Shown one piece after another: positions 7,136 through 15,874 of a stretch of 44,437 bases of DNA. The translations under genes were made by a program, and so were the position numbers. Source of the stretch: a virus (taxonomy: Duplodnaviria > Caudoviricetes). The notes beneath the pieces were generated by a model that worked only from the letters and a program-made list of their open reading frames with translations, did no database searches and had not been told where the DNA came from. Position 1 is the stretch's first letter. Every line of letters begins with the position of its first letter. Where the stretch lies: positions 1 through 44,437 of the IMG/VR virus record IMGVR_UViG_3300048837_000071; one strand, 5' to 3'.

Positions 7136-7486
7136 ATGGAAAAGAAAGACGATCTGACGAGCGACAAGCTCACCGACTACCACGGCCGCTATGTGCAGTT
7201 CGGCCAGGTTCACGAGTTCATGCACGGCCGCGGCTCGGTCACGCTCCTCGCGCAGTTCGCGATGGAGTTGATGAAGTGTCATCTAACCGGGTGCGAGGAT
7301 GCGAGCCATGTACCTACTGCGCTTGCCGAGGATGCGTGTAACGCGGCGCAAGCGTGGTTCGACGAGTGCAAGCGTCGCGGATGGATCTTGCAACTGCCGC
7401 CGCTCGACGAAGGGGACAAGCGCACATTCACGTCCCCGGCGCTCGCTGCGATGGCCCAACAGATGACGGGTCGGCGGTCGTCGTGA
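7136..7486 (+). CDS. Hypothetical protein
   Basis: GGGAG RBS; stop overlaps the polymerase GTG. Confidence 0.65.
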   Translation: MEKKDDLTSDKLTDYHGRYVQFGQVHEFMHGRGSVTLLAQFAMELMKCHLTGCEDASHVPTALAEDACNAAQAWFDECKRRGWILQLPPLDEGDKRTFTSPALAAMAQQMTGRRSS

Positions 7487-9261
7487 AGCCCACACTCGCC
7501 TTCGACATTGAGACGTTTGTCGACTATTTCCTCGTTGCGTTCCGCAACATTGAGACAGGCAACGTGCGCATGTTCGAAATGTTCGAAGGTGAGCCCCTGG
7601 ACGTCAACACGTTGCGCCGGATCGTGCGCTCGTATCGACTGATCTCGTTCAACGGCACCGGGTTCGATGTGCCGTTGCTCACCCTCGCGCTACAGGGTGC
7701 CGACTGTAAGGGTATCAAGCGGGTCGCCGACAAGATCATCCTCAACAATCTGCGACACTGGCAATTGGGTATCGAGCCGATCAAGTGCGATCACGTCGAC
7801 TTGATCGAGATCGCCCCCGGGGTCGCGTCGCTCAAGGTCTATGCCGGCCGCCTGCACTATCGGCACATGCAGGACTTGCCGTTCGCACCGGACGCCGATA
7901 TCCGCCTTGAGGATCGGCCGATCCTGCGGTCCTATTGCGCGAACGACCTGGGCGCGACGGTCGAACTGTTCAACAAACTGAAGCCGCAAATCGAACTCCG
8001 GGAGCGCATGAGCGAGGAGTATGGGCTCGATCTCCGCTCCAAGTCCGACGCGCAGATTGCCGAAGCTGTTCTCCGACATGAAGTCGAGAAGACGCTCGGG
8101 CGCAAGTTGCCGAAGGAAGATCCCTATCGGCTTGCCGGCAAGACGTTTCGCTATGACCCCCCGGCGTTCTTCGCCCAGCGCGTTGCCGCGAGTACTCGGT
8201 TTCACGACATCGTGATGAGCGTCGCTCGGGCCGGGTTCTCGATCGGCGGGAACGGCGTTGTGCAGATGCCGAAGGAACTCAAGGATCTCAAGGTCACGAT
8301 CGGCGAGGGGGTCTACCGAATGGGGATCGGCGGCCTTCATTCGAGCGAGACATCGACCGCGCACATTGCCGACGACGAGCACCTCATCGTCGACCGGGAT
8401 GTGACCTCGTATTACCCCTCGATCGCGCTCGCCTGCGGGCTGGCCCCGGAAGCGATGGGCAAGCACTTCACCGCGGCCTATCGTCGCATCGTCGAGCGTC
8501 GTGTGGCGGCCAAGCGTGCCGGCGACACCGTGACGGCCGACTCGCTCAAGATCACGATCAACGGGACGTTCGGCAAGTTCGGCTCGCCGTACTCTGTGCT
8601 CTACGCCCCCCGGCTCATGATCCAGACGACTGTAACCGGGCAACTTGCGCTCCTCATGCTGATCGACATGCTCGAGGAGGAGGGTATCCCGGTCGTGTCG
8701 GCGAACACCGACGGCGTCGTCATCAAGTGCCCGCGATCCCAGGTCGACGTGATGGAACTCATCGTCATGGCGTGGGAGACGATGACCGGGTTCGAGACTG
8801 AAGCGACCGAGTACCGGGCGATCTACTCCCGAGACGTGAACAACTACGTCGCGCTCAAGGCGTCCGGGGGATACAAGTCGAAGGGGGCCTACGCCCCGTC
8901 GACACTGGCGAAGAACCCTAATAACGAGATCGTCACCGACGCGGTGATCCGATACCTGCTCGACACGATCGAGCCCGTCGACACGGTCAACGCGTGCCGG
9001 GACATCCGCAAGTTCGTCACGATCCGCCAGGTCAAAGGCGGGGCGATCTGGCAAGGCCAGGAACTCGGCCGCGCGGTGCGTTGGTACTACGCCTACGGCG
9101 AACTCGACGCGATCCACTACAAGATCAACGGCTACACCGTGCCCAAGAGCGAAGGTGCGCGGCCGGTGATGGAACTCCCCGAGCAATTCCCCGACGACGT
9201 GAACCTCGAATGGTACGTCGCCGAGGCCGAACAAGTGTTGCACGACATAGGAGCGAGGTGA
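7483..9261 (+). CDS. Family B DNA polymerase with 3'-5' exonuclease
   Basis: Exonuclease motifs FDIET, SFNG..FD, YCANDL. Polymerase motifs DVTSYYPS, KITINGTFG, SANTDG. Confidence 0.92.
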   Translation: MKPTLAFDIETFVDYFLVAFRNIETGNVRMFEMFEGEPLDVNTLRRIVRSYRLISFNGTGFDVPLLTLALQGADCKGIKRVADKIILNNLRHWQLGIEPIKCDHVDLIEIAPGVASLKVYAGRLHYRHMQDLPFAPDADIRLEDRPILRSYCANDLGATVELFNKLKPQIELRERMSEEYGLDLRSKSDAQIAEAVLRHEVEKTLGRKLPKEDPYRLAGKTFRYDPPAFFAQRVAASTRFHDIVMSVARAGFSIGGNGVVQMPKELKDLKVTIGEGVYRMGIGGLHSSETSTAHIADDEHLIVDRDVTSYYPSIALACGLAPEAMGKHFTAAYRRIVERRVAAKRAGDTVTADSLKITINGTFGKFGSPYSVLYAPRLMIQTTVTGQLALLMLIDMLEEEGIPVVSANTDGVVIKCPRSQVDVMELIVMAWETMTGFETEATEYRAIYSRDVNNYVALKASGGYKSKGAYAPSTLAKNPNNEIVTDAVIRYLLDTIEPVDTVNACRDIRKFVTIRQVKGGAIWQGQELGRAVRWYYAYGELDAIHYKINGYTVPKSEGARPVMELPEQFPDDVNLEWYVAEAEQVLHDIGAR

Positions 9262-10082
9262 TGAAACCGTTATGCATTTATCACGGAAACTGCGCAGATG
9301 GATTTGGCGCAGCGTGGGTGTTCAGCAGGTACGGTGATCGGGAGTTCGACTTCCACGCCGGGGTATATCAAGACCCACCGCCCGACGTTACAGGGCGGGA
9401 TGTGTACCTCGTCGACTTTAGCTATAAGCGACCTGTAGTCGAGGCGATGCGCGAACAGTGTAATCGTCTTGTCCTGATCGACCACCACAAAACCGCGATC
9501 GATGATTTAGCCCCGTTGATCGAATCGACGGTGATTGAATCTCTAGTGTCGCTAGACAAATCCGGTGCAATGCTTGCGTGGCGATGGTTCAATGGAAACT
9601 TCTCTGCGCCGCCCGCGCTGCTCGAGCACATCGAAGACCGCGATTTGTGGCGGTTCGCCCTACATCGCACTCGCGAGATTCAAGCATGCGTGTTCAGTCA
9701 CCCCTACGACTTTGCCGTATGGGACGAACTGATGCAAACCGACCCGCAGAAGTTGGCCGACGAAGGTGCGGCGATTGAGCGCAAGCATCACAAGGACATC
9801 GCCGAACTGACGAAAGTCGTTACCCGTGAGTTCACGATAGGCGGATACACGGTTTCGGTGGCGAATCTTCCGTACACGCTGACATCCGATGCGGGGCATC
9901 TGCTCGCGCAAGGCAAACCGTTCGCTGGGTGCTATTGGGACACGCCGGAAGGGCGAGTATTCAGCCTTCGCTCAACCGATGACGGGATCGATGTCTCAGA
10001 GATCGCAAAGCAATACGGCGGAGGCGGCCACACTCACGCGAGCGGCTTTCGAGTTCCATACGGGCACGAGTTGACGCGATGA
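9261..10082 (+). CDS. DHH/DHHA1 phosphoesterase
   Basis: YH.NCADG, LVDF, IDHH, EDRDLW, FSLRS, GGGGH..ASGF. Confidence 0.9.
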   Translation: MKPLCIYHGNCADGFGAAWVFSRYGDREFDFHAGVYQDPPPDVTGRDVYLVDFSYKRPVVEAMREQCNRLVLIDHHKTAIDDLAPLIESTVIESLVSLDKSGAMLAWRWFNGNFSAPPALLEHIEDRDLWRFALHRTREIQACVFSHPYDFAVWDELMQTDPQKLADEGAAIERKHHKDIAELTKVVTREFTIGGYTVSVANLPYTLTSDAGHLLAQGKPFAGCYWDTPEGRVFSLRSTDDGIDVSEIAKQYGGGGHTHASGFRVPYGHELTR

Positions 10083-10267
10083 TCCTTCCAAAATTCTTAC
10101 GACCCCGCACGCCATTGGAACTCGCAAGCCGCGAACTGGACGAGGCGAAGCGCGAGTTGCTCGAGGCGCAGACCGGGCAGGACTACGCAAAGCGCATGGT
10201 CGAGTATCACTCCGACCGGGTGAAGCGACTCACGGCATACGTCGCCAACGAATCGAAGGGGGAATGA
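10079..10267 (+). CDS. Hypothetical coiled-coil protein
   Basis: ATGA coupling; helical composition. Confidence 0.65.
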   Translation: MILPKFLRPRTPLELASRELDEAKRELLEAQTGQDYAKRMVEYHSDRVKRLTAYVANESKGE

Positions 10268-10336
10268 TGTTTACGTTCTTCGCTTGGTTGCTGGTTGTCG
10301 CTCTGGTCCTGTGCCTGTTCGCCCCGGAGGATCGCG

Positions 10337-10642
10337 ATGCGGGAGAGTGAGATCGAAGCGTATCTCGTCGCCCGGGTGAAGGATCTCGGGGGTGAGGTGC
10401 GCAAGGTGAAGTGGATCGGCCGCCGCGGTGCGCCGGATCGCTTGGTGATGTTGCCCGGGATCGTTCGGGAATCGGCAAGGCGCCCGGTTGTCGTCACCGA
10501 CCGCACAATATGGGTCGAGTTGAAAGCCCCCGGCGTGAAGCCCGAACCTCATCAAGTTCGAGAGCACGAGCGAATGCGGGCAATGGGTCAGCGGGTCGAA
10601 GTGGTTGACAGTCTGGAACGGGTCGATGAGGTGTTGCGATGA
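10337..10642 (+). CDS. VRR-NUC nuclease
   Basis: ESEIE...GAPDRLV...WVELKAPG..P.PHQ; GGAGG RBS. Confidence 0.9.
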   Translation: MRESEIEAYLVARVKDLGGEVRKVKWIGRRGAPDRLVMLPGIVRESARRPVVVTDRTIWVELKAPGVKPEPHQVREHERMRAMGQRVEVVDSLERVDEVLR

Positions 10643-10748
10643 GAAGTGCAATAGGGGCAATCCTAGTCCTCGTCGCCATGTACGGGCTGTATGAGGGTAT
10701 CGAGTATTCTGGTTGGGTGCTGTTCGTCGCCTTGCTTCTGGTGCTGTC

Positions 10749-11183
10749 ATGACCAAATGGGACAAGCGCATGCTCGATCTCGCCGAACTTGTCGCGACGT
10801 GGAGCAAAGATCCTTCCACACAAGTCGGCGCAGTGATCGTCGATCCTTCGAATCGCGTTGTGTCGCTGGGGTTCAACGGAATGCCCCGTGGCGTGAGCGA
10901 TGACGAAGAGATCCTCGCCGACCGCGACGAAAAGCTACGCCGGATCATTCACGCCGAGGTGAACGCGTTGCTGTTCGCCCAGCGCACCGTCGTCGGTTAC
11001 TCGATCTACGTCAACCGGCCACCCTGCGGTCAATGCGCGGCGAAGATCATCCAAGCCGGAATCACTCGGGTCGTGTGCTACCCGTTCGACACCCTGGGCG
11101 CGTCGCGCTGGGAGCGTGATCGAGTGAGCGCGCAAGTGATGTTCGGCGAGTCGGGTGTGACGTTTAGTGAGGTGGAGCGTTGA
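10749..11183 (+). CDS. dCMP deaminase
   Basis: WSKDPSTQVGAVIV, GFNGMPRG, HAEVNAL, PCGQCA. Confidence 0.93.
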   Translation: MTKWDKRMLDLAELVATWSKDPSTQVGAVIVDPSNRVVSLGFNGMPRGVSDDEEILADRDEKLRRIIHAEVNALLFAQRTVVGYSIYVNRPPCGQCAAKIIQAGITRVVCYPFDTLGASRWERDRVSAQVMFGESGVTFSEVER

Positions 11184-12556
11184 TCTTCACCCCGCACCCA
11201 TACCAGTCCCAAATCGTCGAGCACATCCTCGACGTGCCGCGCTGCGCGGTGTGGGCCGGGATGGGCATGGGGAAGACAAGCGGCACGCTCGCCGCGCTGT
11301 ATCACATGGACCTCATCGAACCGGGACCGACACTCGTCATCGCGCCGAAGCGCGTTGCCCTAAACACGTGGCCGGACGAGGTTGCGAAGTGGGATCAATT
11401 CCGGGGGATGCGCGTATCGCCGATCATCGGCACCGCAGAGGAGCGACGTCGCGCACTGCGCAAGCCGGCTGATCTCTACACCATCAACTACGACAACCTT
11501 GTTTGGCTAGTGGAAACGCTCGAAGGGGAATGGCCCTTTGCCAAGGTCATCGCCGACGAGTCGACCCGGTTGAAGTCCTTCCGCATCCGGCAAGGCGGCA
11601 AGCGAGCGCAAGCATTGGGTCGCGTCGCGCACAAGTCGCCGAGGTTCGTCGAACTCACGGGCACACCATCGCCGAACGGGCTCCGGGATCTGTGGGGTCA
11701 GGCGTGGATGTTAGATCGTGGCGAACGCCTGGGCCGATCCTTCGATGCGTTCGTGTCTCGTTGGTTTCGCTCTGAGCGCGTCGGCGACAACGCGTTCGCC
11801 GTTCAATTGATCCCGCTCCCTTTCGCCCAGGAGCAGATACAGGATCGGCTCCGGGATCTGACGATCTCGCTTGACGCGAAGGACTGGTTCGACATCGACG
11901 ACCCCATTGTGCGCGAGGTACGGGTCGAACTGCCGAAGGCGGCTCGCCGGATCTACGACGACATGGAGAAGAGGATGTTCGCCGAGATCGAGGGGATCGG
12001 CGTCGAGGCGTTCATGGCCGCCGCCAAGTCGATGAAGTGCCTTCAGATTGCCAGCGGCGCGGCCTACGTCGACGACAAGGGAACGTGGAAAGAGGTTCAC
12101 GATGCCAAGATCGAAGCCCTGGAATCAATCATCGAGGAGGCAAGCGGCGCTCCGGTATTGGTGGCTTATCATTGGAAGCCCGACCTCGCTCGACTCCTCC
12201 GAGCATTCCCCAAGGGTCGACACCTCGACGACAACCCGCAGACCATCCGGGACTGGAACGCCGGCAAGATCCCCGTCCTGTTCGCCCATCCGCAAAGTGC
12301 CGGGCACGGGTTGAACTTGCAGGACGGCGGCAACATCCTCGTCTACTTTTCCCACTGGTGGGATCTTGAGCAGTACATGCAAATCCTCGAACGGATCGGC
12401 CCGGTGCGACAAAAGCAATCCGGTCACGATCGCCCGGTGTGGGTCTATCACATCGTCGCGCACGACACGGTCGACGAGTTGGTCATGGCGCGACGCGACG
12501 GCAAGCGCAGCGTGCAAGACATTCTTTTGGAAGCAATGAAGCGGAGGGGAAATTGA
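11180..12556 (+). CDS. SNF2-family helicase
   Basis: MGMGKT, IADESTRLK, LTGTPSPN, SAGHGLNLQ, Q..ERI. Confidence 0.93.
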   Translation: MIFTPHPYQSQIVEHILDVPRCAVWAGMGMGKTSGTLAALYHMDLIEPGPTLVIAPKRVALNTWPDEVAKWDQFRGMRVSPIIGTAEERRRALRKPADLYTINYDNLVWLVETLEGEWPFAKVIADESTRLKSFRIRQGGKRAQALGRVAHKSPRFVELTGTPSPNGLRDLWGQAWMLDRGERLGRSFDAFVSRWFRSERVGDNAFAVQLIPLPFAQEQIQDRLRDLTISLDAKDWFDIDDPIVREVRVELPKAARRIYDDMEKRMFAEIEGIGVEAFMAAAKSMKCLQIASGAAYVDDKGTWKEVHDAKIEALESIIEEASGAPVLVAYHWKPDLARLLRAFPKGRHLDDNPQTIRDWNAGKIPVLFAHPQSAGHGLNLQDGGNILVYFSHWWDLEQYMQILERIGPVRQKQSGHDRPVWVYHIVAHDTVDELVMARRDGKRSVQDILLEAMKRRGN

Positions 12557-12783
12557 AACTCGTCGAACTCACGAGCAAGGTCGACGCTGACCGATCCCGA
12601 ATCGCCGAAGAGTTGGCGGGGCTGACGGCGCGGATTGGCGAGATCGATGGGCTCATGGTGACGATCCGGACGAAGGAGGGATACGAGTACATCCGGGTTG
12701 GGTTCAACTACCTTGAGGCGATCGGCATGCTCGACCGGCACAGGCATTCGATGCACGTCGCCTGGGATGAGGAACCGCGATGA
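12553..12783 (+). CDS. Hypothetical protein
   Basis: TTG start overlapping the helicase stop; GGAGG RBS. Confidence 0.55.
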   Translation: MKLVELTSKVDADRSRIAEELAGLTARIGEIDGLMVTIRTKEGYEYIRVGFNYLEAIGMLDRHRHSMHVAWDEEPR

Positions 12784-12892
12784 CCCCTCAATACGTCACC
12801 ATCGCAAACGCCGGCGATAGCCCCGTCACTCAGCCGCTTTTCGCACACTTCAGACAAGTAGGGGCATTGCTTATCCGTCGCGGCGCGGAATG

Positions 12893-13336
12893 CTAGATCA
12901 ACGCGATCTCAGCCTCACGCCGTCGAACGAGCCCGGGAAGGACTCGGCCGCCGCCGTAGATCCATCGGCGAAGCTGGGCGGGGACGTCACCCCAATCGTC
13001 AGCAAGGATGCGCCGACGCAAGGTTGAGGCTTGGAAGTTGCCCAAGCCGCAGTTGTACGCGAAGTCGGCAATCGCGCAGAGCCGATCGCCCTCGAGCTTG
13101 CCCGGTGCCAGTCGGATCACGCCCAAGGCGAAGCGCAAGGCGTCGTCGGCCATGCGCTTGTCGGCGTACTCCTGCGTCCACGCCCGCCCGGGAATGACGT
13201 CCGGACCCGTCGATCCCCAGCCGCAAGTCCACACGCCGGCCGGGCAAATGTACGGGACGAGGCGACAACCCTCGAACATTTTGATGAGGCGGTAGAGGTT
13301 GACGAGTTGGTCGACTAGCGACGCCGGGCTTTCCAT
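12893..13336 (-). CDS. Endolysin, GH24 lysozyme
   Basis: IKMFEGCRLVPYICPAGVWTCGWGST...FAYNCG...LPGLVRRREAE. Confidence 0.92.
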   Translation of the reverse strand: MESPASLVDQLVNLYRLIKMFEGCRLVPYICPAGVWTCGWGSTGPDVIPGRAWTQEYADKRMADDALRFALGVIRLAPGKLEGDRLCAIADFAYNCGLGNFQASTLRRRILADDWGDVPAQLRRWIYGGGRVLPGLVRRREAEIALI

Positions 13337-13449
13337 ACGATCCTCACGATGTCGTACAGTGCGACGAGCCAGCAGAGGGCGACGAACAGGGCAACCAGAA
13401 TGCAGAATCCGAGCTTCAACCAGACTTGAAGCTCGAGCAGTGCGCTCAC
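13315..13449 (-). CDS. Small membrane protein (44 aa)
   Basis: One strongly hydrophobic segment and a basic tail; GTGA coupling; lies in the lysis cluster. Confidence 0.5.
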   Translation of the reverse strand: MSALLELQVWLKLGFCILVALFVALCWLVALYDIVRIVWKARRR

Positions 13450-13913
13450 TTGCTGCGCTTCGACAAGGTCCGGTCGGCGACGTAGAGCCCCAGGATCGCC
13501 GCGACGAGTTCTTGATCCCAATCGGTCAGGGTGAACTCGTTTGCCGCAATCCGGGCAACGACGACGAGGATTGCTAGCGTCGCCAGCATCGGCCGGATCG
13601 ACCCGTTCCACGTATCGATAAACGGAATGCCGGTTTTCTTGCCCACGTCCTTGACCGCTTGGAGCCAGGCTTCGACCTCGATCCTATTGGCCGCCGCATC
13701 CGCTTGAACGGTGATCTCTTTGATCCCGAGTTCCGCGGTCATCTTGATCCGCTCCATGTCCCGGGCATGCCGCTTAGCCTCGAGCGTCGACTGAATCGTG
13801 AGCCGGGCAAGTTCCTGCTCGTGCTCCTGCTTTCGGGTGAGCCAGGTCGAAATCTCGCCCCAAATCGCCCGGAACGCAGAGCCGCCTAAGAAGGTGAATA
13901 GCGCGCTGAACAT
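13446..13913 (-). CDS. Holin-like membrane protein
   Basis: N-terminal amphipathic helix, coiled coil, SIRP motif and two C-terminal hydrophobic segments; adjacent to the endolysin. Confidence 0.65.
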   Translation of the reverse strand: MFSALFTFLGGSAFRAIWGEISTWLTRKQEHEQELARLTIQSTLEAKRHARDMERIKMTAELGIKEITVQADAAANRIEVEAWLQAVKDVGKKTGIPFIDTWNGSIRPMLATLAILVVVARIAANEFTLTDWDQELVAAILGLYVADRTLSKRSK

Positions 13914-13915
13914 GG

Positions 13916-14305
13916 TCACGACCCCGTCTTGATCTTGAACACCCATTCCGCCAAGTCGACGCCCCATTGCCACACGGCCACGGCGACGAACCCGACGACC
14001 GCAAGCCCAGCCTTTTGCTTCAGCGCTTTGCGCTCAACCCGGGAGTCCCGCAGTTCGGCCAAGATCGGCCCGTTCTCCGCGATGTGCTTGTCCCAGGTAT
14101 CGACGACGCATTGCAACTTGCGGTCGGTTTCCTTCCGCGAGCGCGTTGATTCCTTCTCCATCCGGTCGATCGAGTCGGCGATCTGCGATACGTGCATCTG
14201 TATCGTGTCCTGCGTCGCGTCGATCTTGTCGACCTTCTGCTCGAGGGTCAGGACACGATGCACGAGCACCGCCTGTACTTGATGGGACTCGCGCCCTTCC
14301 GCCAT
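13916..14305 (-). CDS. Coiled-coil protein with C-terminal TM segment (lysis-associated)
   Basis: AGLAVVGFVAVAVW segment; position between tail fibre and lysis genes. Confidence 0.65.
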   Translation of the reverse strand: MAEGRESHQVQAVLVHRVLTLEQKVDKIDATQDTIQMHVSQIADSIDRMEKESTRSRKETDRKLQCVVDTWDKHIAENGPILAELRDSRVERKALKQKAGLAVVGFVAVAVWQWGVDLAEWVFKIKTGS

Positions 14306-14317
14306 CGACTCACCCCT

Positions 14318-15814
14318 TTACATAACGATGAAGCCTTGAATCCCGGAATGCTGACTCGAGCCGTACCACGTCGTCGTGTCGCCGGTGCCGCCCGCTTGCG
14401 ACCACTCAAGCGGGGCTAGGTAGTTCAGGCCGCGAACCAACGTCCCGACGCACCTCGTTGCGATCGTCCGTTGGTAGACGTTGTCGGTGTATGCCCAGCC
14501 GGTTGATTGACTGTCGTATGAGGCCGCTGCGCTCGTCGGGTCGGCGGATCCGGCATGAACCGCGATCGAACAGAGTTGGTTAGTGGAATCGGAATTGAGC
14601 GCGTATCCGCGCACAGTGACGTCGAACGCGCTGGGGTTGTTGGTGTCGGAGGGCGCACCGCACACCGCTCGCACGTAGTTGGACGCCCCTTCAGCGATCC
14701 GATGTGTTGCGGTCGAGTAAGTCCAAGAGCCTGTCGCGCTGAATTTTTCGATCTTGCGCGGGATTTGGTTGTATAGATTCCACAGGAAGCGGTTTGCTTG
14801 CGAGTCTTCGCACTGCCCCGAAACCCCGGTGGTTCGCCCGGTTCCCAAATACCGACGCGTGGGATCCCCGCTTTTGACGTAGCAACCGCCCCCGAGATTA
14901 AGCACGTTGCCGTAACGCTCGATTGCGGTTGCGCGTGCGGTGTCGCTCGCCCAATTGACCGTCTCGAGCCGAACTTGATTGCTGCCGTCGATGTAGGCGA
15001 ACACGTCGAAATTGGTGTTCGCGGTGCTCGGAACCGCGACGCGCGACCCGGAAACAAGAGGGCTCGGATTGAACCGTTTGCTGATCCAACGAGTACCGTC
15101 GAACAAGCCGATCCGGTCGGAGACGTAAGCGACCAAATAAATCGAAGTCTGCGCCGTGAGATCCCCGGAGTTCCCCGGTGTTGAATCGAGAGAGAGTCGG
15201 CCGCCGCAAGTGTTTTGATAGTCCAGCAAGAGCAAGTCTTGCGCCTCGGCGGCGTCGCCGACGTTCACAAGCGATTCCCCGAAAGTGGACACAACGAGTT
15301 CTCCTGAGGATACGATCCCTGCGTTCTTGAGTCCCGTCTCGTCGTCCTTCCACACAAGCGCTTTGCCGGCGTCCGGAAGCGGAAGCTCCGCGCTCACGTT
15401 CGTCGGCGTCGTGATCGGCAGACTCATCGACCGGGAGAACCGTTCGATGAGTTGCTGCACAAGAACGGTTAGTTTATCGAGCGCGTTGGTGATGACGCTT
15501 GGATAGAAACCGCCCAGGTTCGTTATGTCGGTCGTCTGCAAGGGTTGGACGTCCGACGAGATCACCATCGTTTCCCCGTCAGCGAGCGCGGTTGTAAGAG
15601 TGATCTCACCGCCTGGGTTCGTGTTCTGGTTCGCGTTCAACGTCACCGTGTAGTCGACGTCGAGATCGAGGATAGTCTCGCTTCCTGTCTCAGTGCCTTG
15701 TATTACGACGTACACGTCGCTTGCGGCAAAGACTTTGAAGGCGAACGCGAAGGTATCGGTGGAATCGTCCCCGACGTATGGGGACGTTTTTCGGGTCGTG
15801 CTCGAAATCGTCAT
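14318..15814 (-). CDS. Tail fibre / receptor-binding protein
   Basis: N-terminal podophage fibre anchor (MTISST...F.F.FKVF..SD...ALDKLT.LVQQL) and a Gly/Ser/Thr-rich C-terminus. Confidence 0.85.
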   Translation of the reverse strand: MTISSTTRKTSPYVGDDSTDTFAFAFKVFAASDVYVVIQGTETGSETILDLDVDYTVTLNANQNTNPGGEITLTTALADGETMVISSDVQPLQTTDITNLGGFYPSVITNALDKLTVLVQQLIERFSRSMSLPITTPTNVSAELPLPDAGKALVWKDDETGLKNAGIVSSGELVVSTFGESLVNVGDAAEAQDLLLLDYQNTCGGRLSLDSTPGNSGDLTAQTSIYLVAYVSDRIGLFDGTRWISKRFNPSPLVSGSRVAVPSTANTNFDVFAYIDGSNQVRLETVNWASDTARATAIERYGNVLNLGGGCYVKSGDPTRRYLGTGRTTGVSGQCEDSQANRFLWNLYNQIPRKIEKFSATGSWTYSTATHRIAEGASNYVRAVCGAPSDTNNPSAFDVTVRGYALNSDSTNQLCSIAVHAGSADPTSAAASYDSQSTGWAYTDNVYQRTIATRCVGTLVRGLNYLAPLEWSQAGGTGDTTTWYGSSQHSGIQGFIVM

Positions 15815-15841
15815 GAACGGCGCTCCGGGGAGATTGCCCGA

Positions 15842-15874
15842 AGGCTAACCCCGTCGCGCCGAGTTACGCGTACC
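15842..15874 (-). promoter_or_regulatory. Late promoter copy 1: GGTACGCGTAACTC-N13-TAGCCT
   Basis: Exact 14-mer at 15861-15874, upstream of the tail fibre gene. Confidence 0.85.

Noticed and set aside
7483-11183. Base-substitution system (Z-genome, 7-deazaguanine or hydroxymethyl-pyrimidine)
   Set aside because: No PurZ, DpdA/Que or thymidylate-synthase-like genes were recognised.
14318-15814. Diversity-generating retroelement as in BPP-1
   Set aside because: No reverse transcriptase ORF, and no second adenine-variant copy of the fibre 3' end was seen.
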